Shown here: positions 63,567-64,000 of the stretch, piece by piece
How the letters are laid out: each line of letters opens with the position of its first letter
How positions within the stretch are numbered: the stretch's first letter is position 1
Source of the DNA: Burkholderiales bacterium
Lineage (GTDB): Bacteria; Pseudomonadota; Gammaproteobacteria; Burkholderiales; JACQAP01
NCBI GenBank assembly: GCA_045810225.1
Contig: JBJMWI010000138.1
Span: 23 to 64,022, forward strand
DNA length: 64,000 bases
Direction of reading: 5' to 3'
The notes under the pieces: model-generated
Seen by the model: the letters and a program-made list of their open reading frames with translations, nothing else
What the model was told of the DNA's origin: nothing
Databases searched by the model: none
Program-made: the position numbers and the translations under genes

Positions 63567-64000
63567 TCACCCCTTCGATGCCAGCACCCCATCGCCGTGC
63601 AACTTCGCGACGAACCCCGCCCGACGCAAGCGTTTCGCTACTTCGTTCGGCACATCGCGACGGCTGGTGAGTTTGTTCGGCGTACCCGTGTAGTGGAACA
63701 GTTTGCCGTTGCGCCTGATTACGCGCGCAAGGTGGTCGTAAAACGTTTGCGAGTAAAGCTCGCCGGCGATGCCGAAGCGCGGCGGATCGTGAAGGATGGC
63801 GTCGACCGACCCATCGGCCAGGCTGGCGATCTGCTCCACAATATCGCCGGGCGTCAATGTCGATCTCTCGCTGTCCTGCGGCGGGGACCAGGGATTGAGG
63901 GTACGCAGCCAGAGGACGTCCGGATTTTTTTCGTAGGAGAGCACCTGCCTGGCTTGACCTTGCAGGCACCAGTGAGCGAAGTAGCCCAGTCCGCCGCAGG
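63567..64000 (-). CDS. Class I SAM-dependent methyltransferase (5' end outside the window)
   Basis: The frame stays open to the window edge. Upstream of the track's GTG, the frame reads CGGLGYFAHWCL (SAM-binding motif I-like). The motif IV-like segment ILHDPPRF is present. Confidence 0.65.
   Translation of the reverse strand, partial: CGGLGYFAHWCLQGQARQVLSYEKNPDVLWLRTLNPWSPPQDSERSTLTPGDIVEQIASLADGSVDAILHDPPRFGIAGELYSQTFYDHLARVIRRNGKLFHYTGTPNKLTSRRDVPNEVAKRLRRAGFVAKLHGDGVLASKG

Noticed and set aside
1-64000. A scan for CRISPR arrays, tRNA/rRNA/tmRNA/RNase P genes, IS elements, integrases, and prophage or conjugation genes.
   Set aside because: I recognised none by eye: no regularly spaced 25-40-bp repeats, no tRNA T-arm (GGTTCGAATCC-like) context, and no transposase or integrase motifs. 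A tRNAscan-SE, Infernal and ISfinder run would be needed for a definitive negative.

Overview
This is a high-GC (about 60% by eye), densely packed chromosomal segment from a Gram-negative proteobacterium. Gene content looks beta/gamma-proteobacterial, and I cannot be more specific from sequence alone. I can support about 58 protein-coding genes. I saw no rRNA, tRNA, CRISPR array, transposase, integrase or prophage genes. Most of the window is ordinary core or metabolic content:
- Respiration and transport: cydAB-type oxidase, a TRAP dctPQM transporter, and a Liv-type ABC transporter.
- Protein quality control and biosynthesis: an hsp20-lon module, folE, rlmJ and rbgA/ylqF.
- DNA repair and stress: ada plus a 2OG oxygenase, and a UvrD-like helicase.
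- Signalling: three nucleotide-second-messenger enzymes.
- Other: a split chromate transporter.

Six gene junctions use ATGA start/stop overlaps: cydA/B, the chrA halves, hsp20/lon, ada/oxygenase, dctQ/M, and livH/livMGF.

The most unusual element sits at the centre of the window. It is a monocistronic 1,553-aa protein (30896-35557, minus strand). It joins a DUF4011-like N-terminus, an Upf1/DNA2-type SF1 helicase split by a roughly 680-aa insertion, and a C-terminal Vsr/DUF559-like PD-(D/E)xK nuclease. This is a helicase-nuclease of unassigned function and a candidate single-protein nucleic-acid surveillance or defence factor.

Other points worth a second look:
- A sigma-32-type promoter drives a translationally coupled hsp20-lon pair immediately upstream of the helicase gene.
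- Two families of short intergenic repeats are present: CGTGAC arrays in inverted pairs of about 125 bp, and GGACTGAG arrays that include a 14-mer shared by two 3' UTRs.
- Two small HExxH proteins are tandem paralogs.
- Two paralogous membrane-anchored TAXI-like binding proteins have no adjacent TRAP permease.
- LivM, LivG and LivF are fused in a single reading frame.
- A 59-codon polyproline micro-ORF lies upstream of the TRAP operon.
- A BrnA-like antitoxin gene has no adjacent toxin gene.

All family assignments come from motifs read by eye and from memory of those families. No database search was run.
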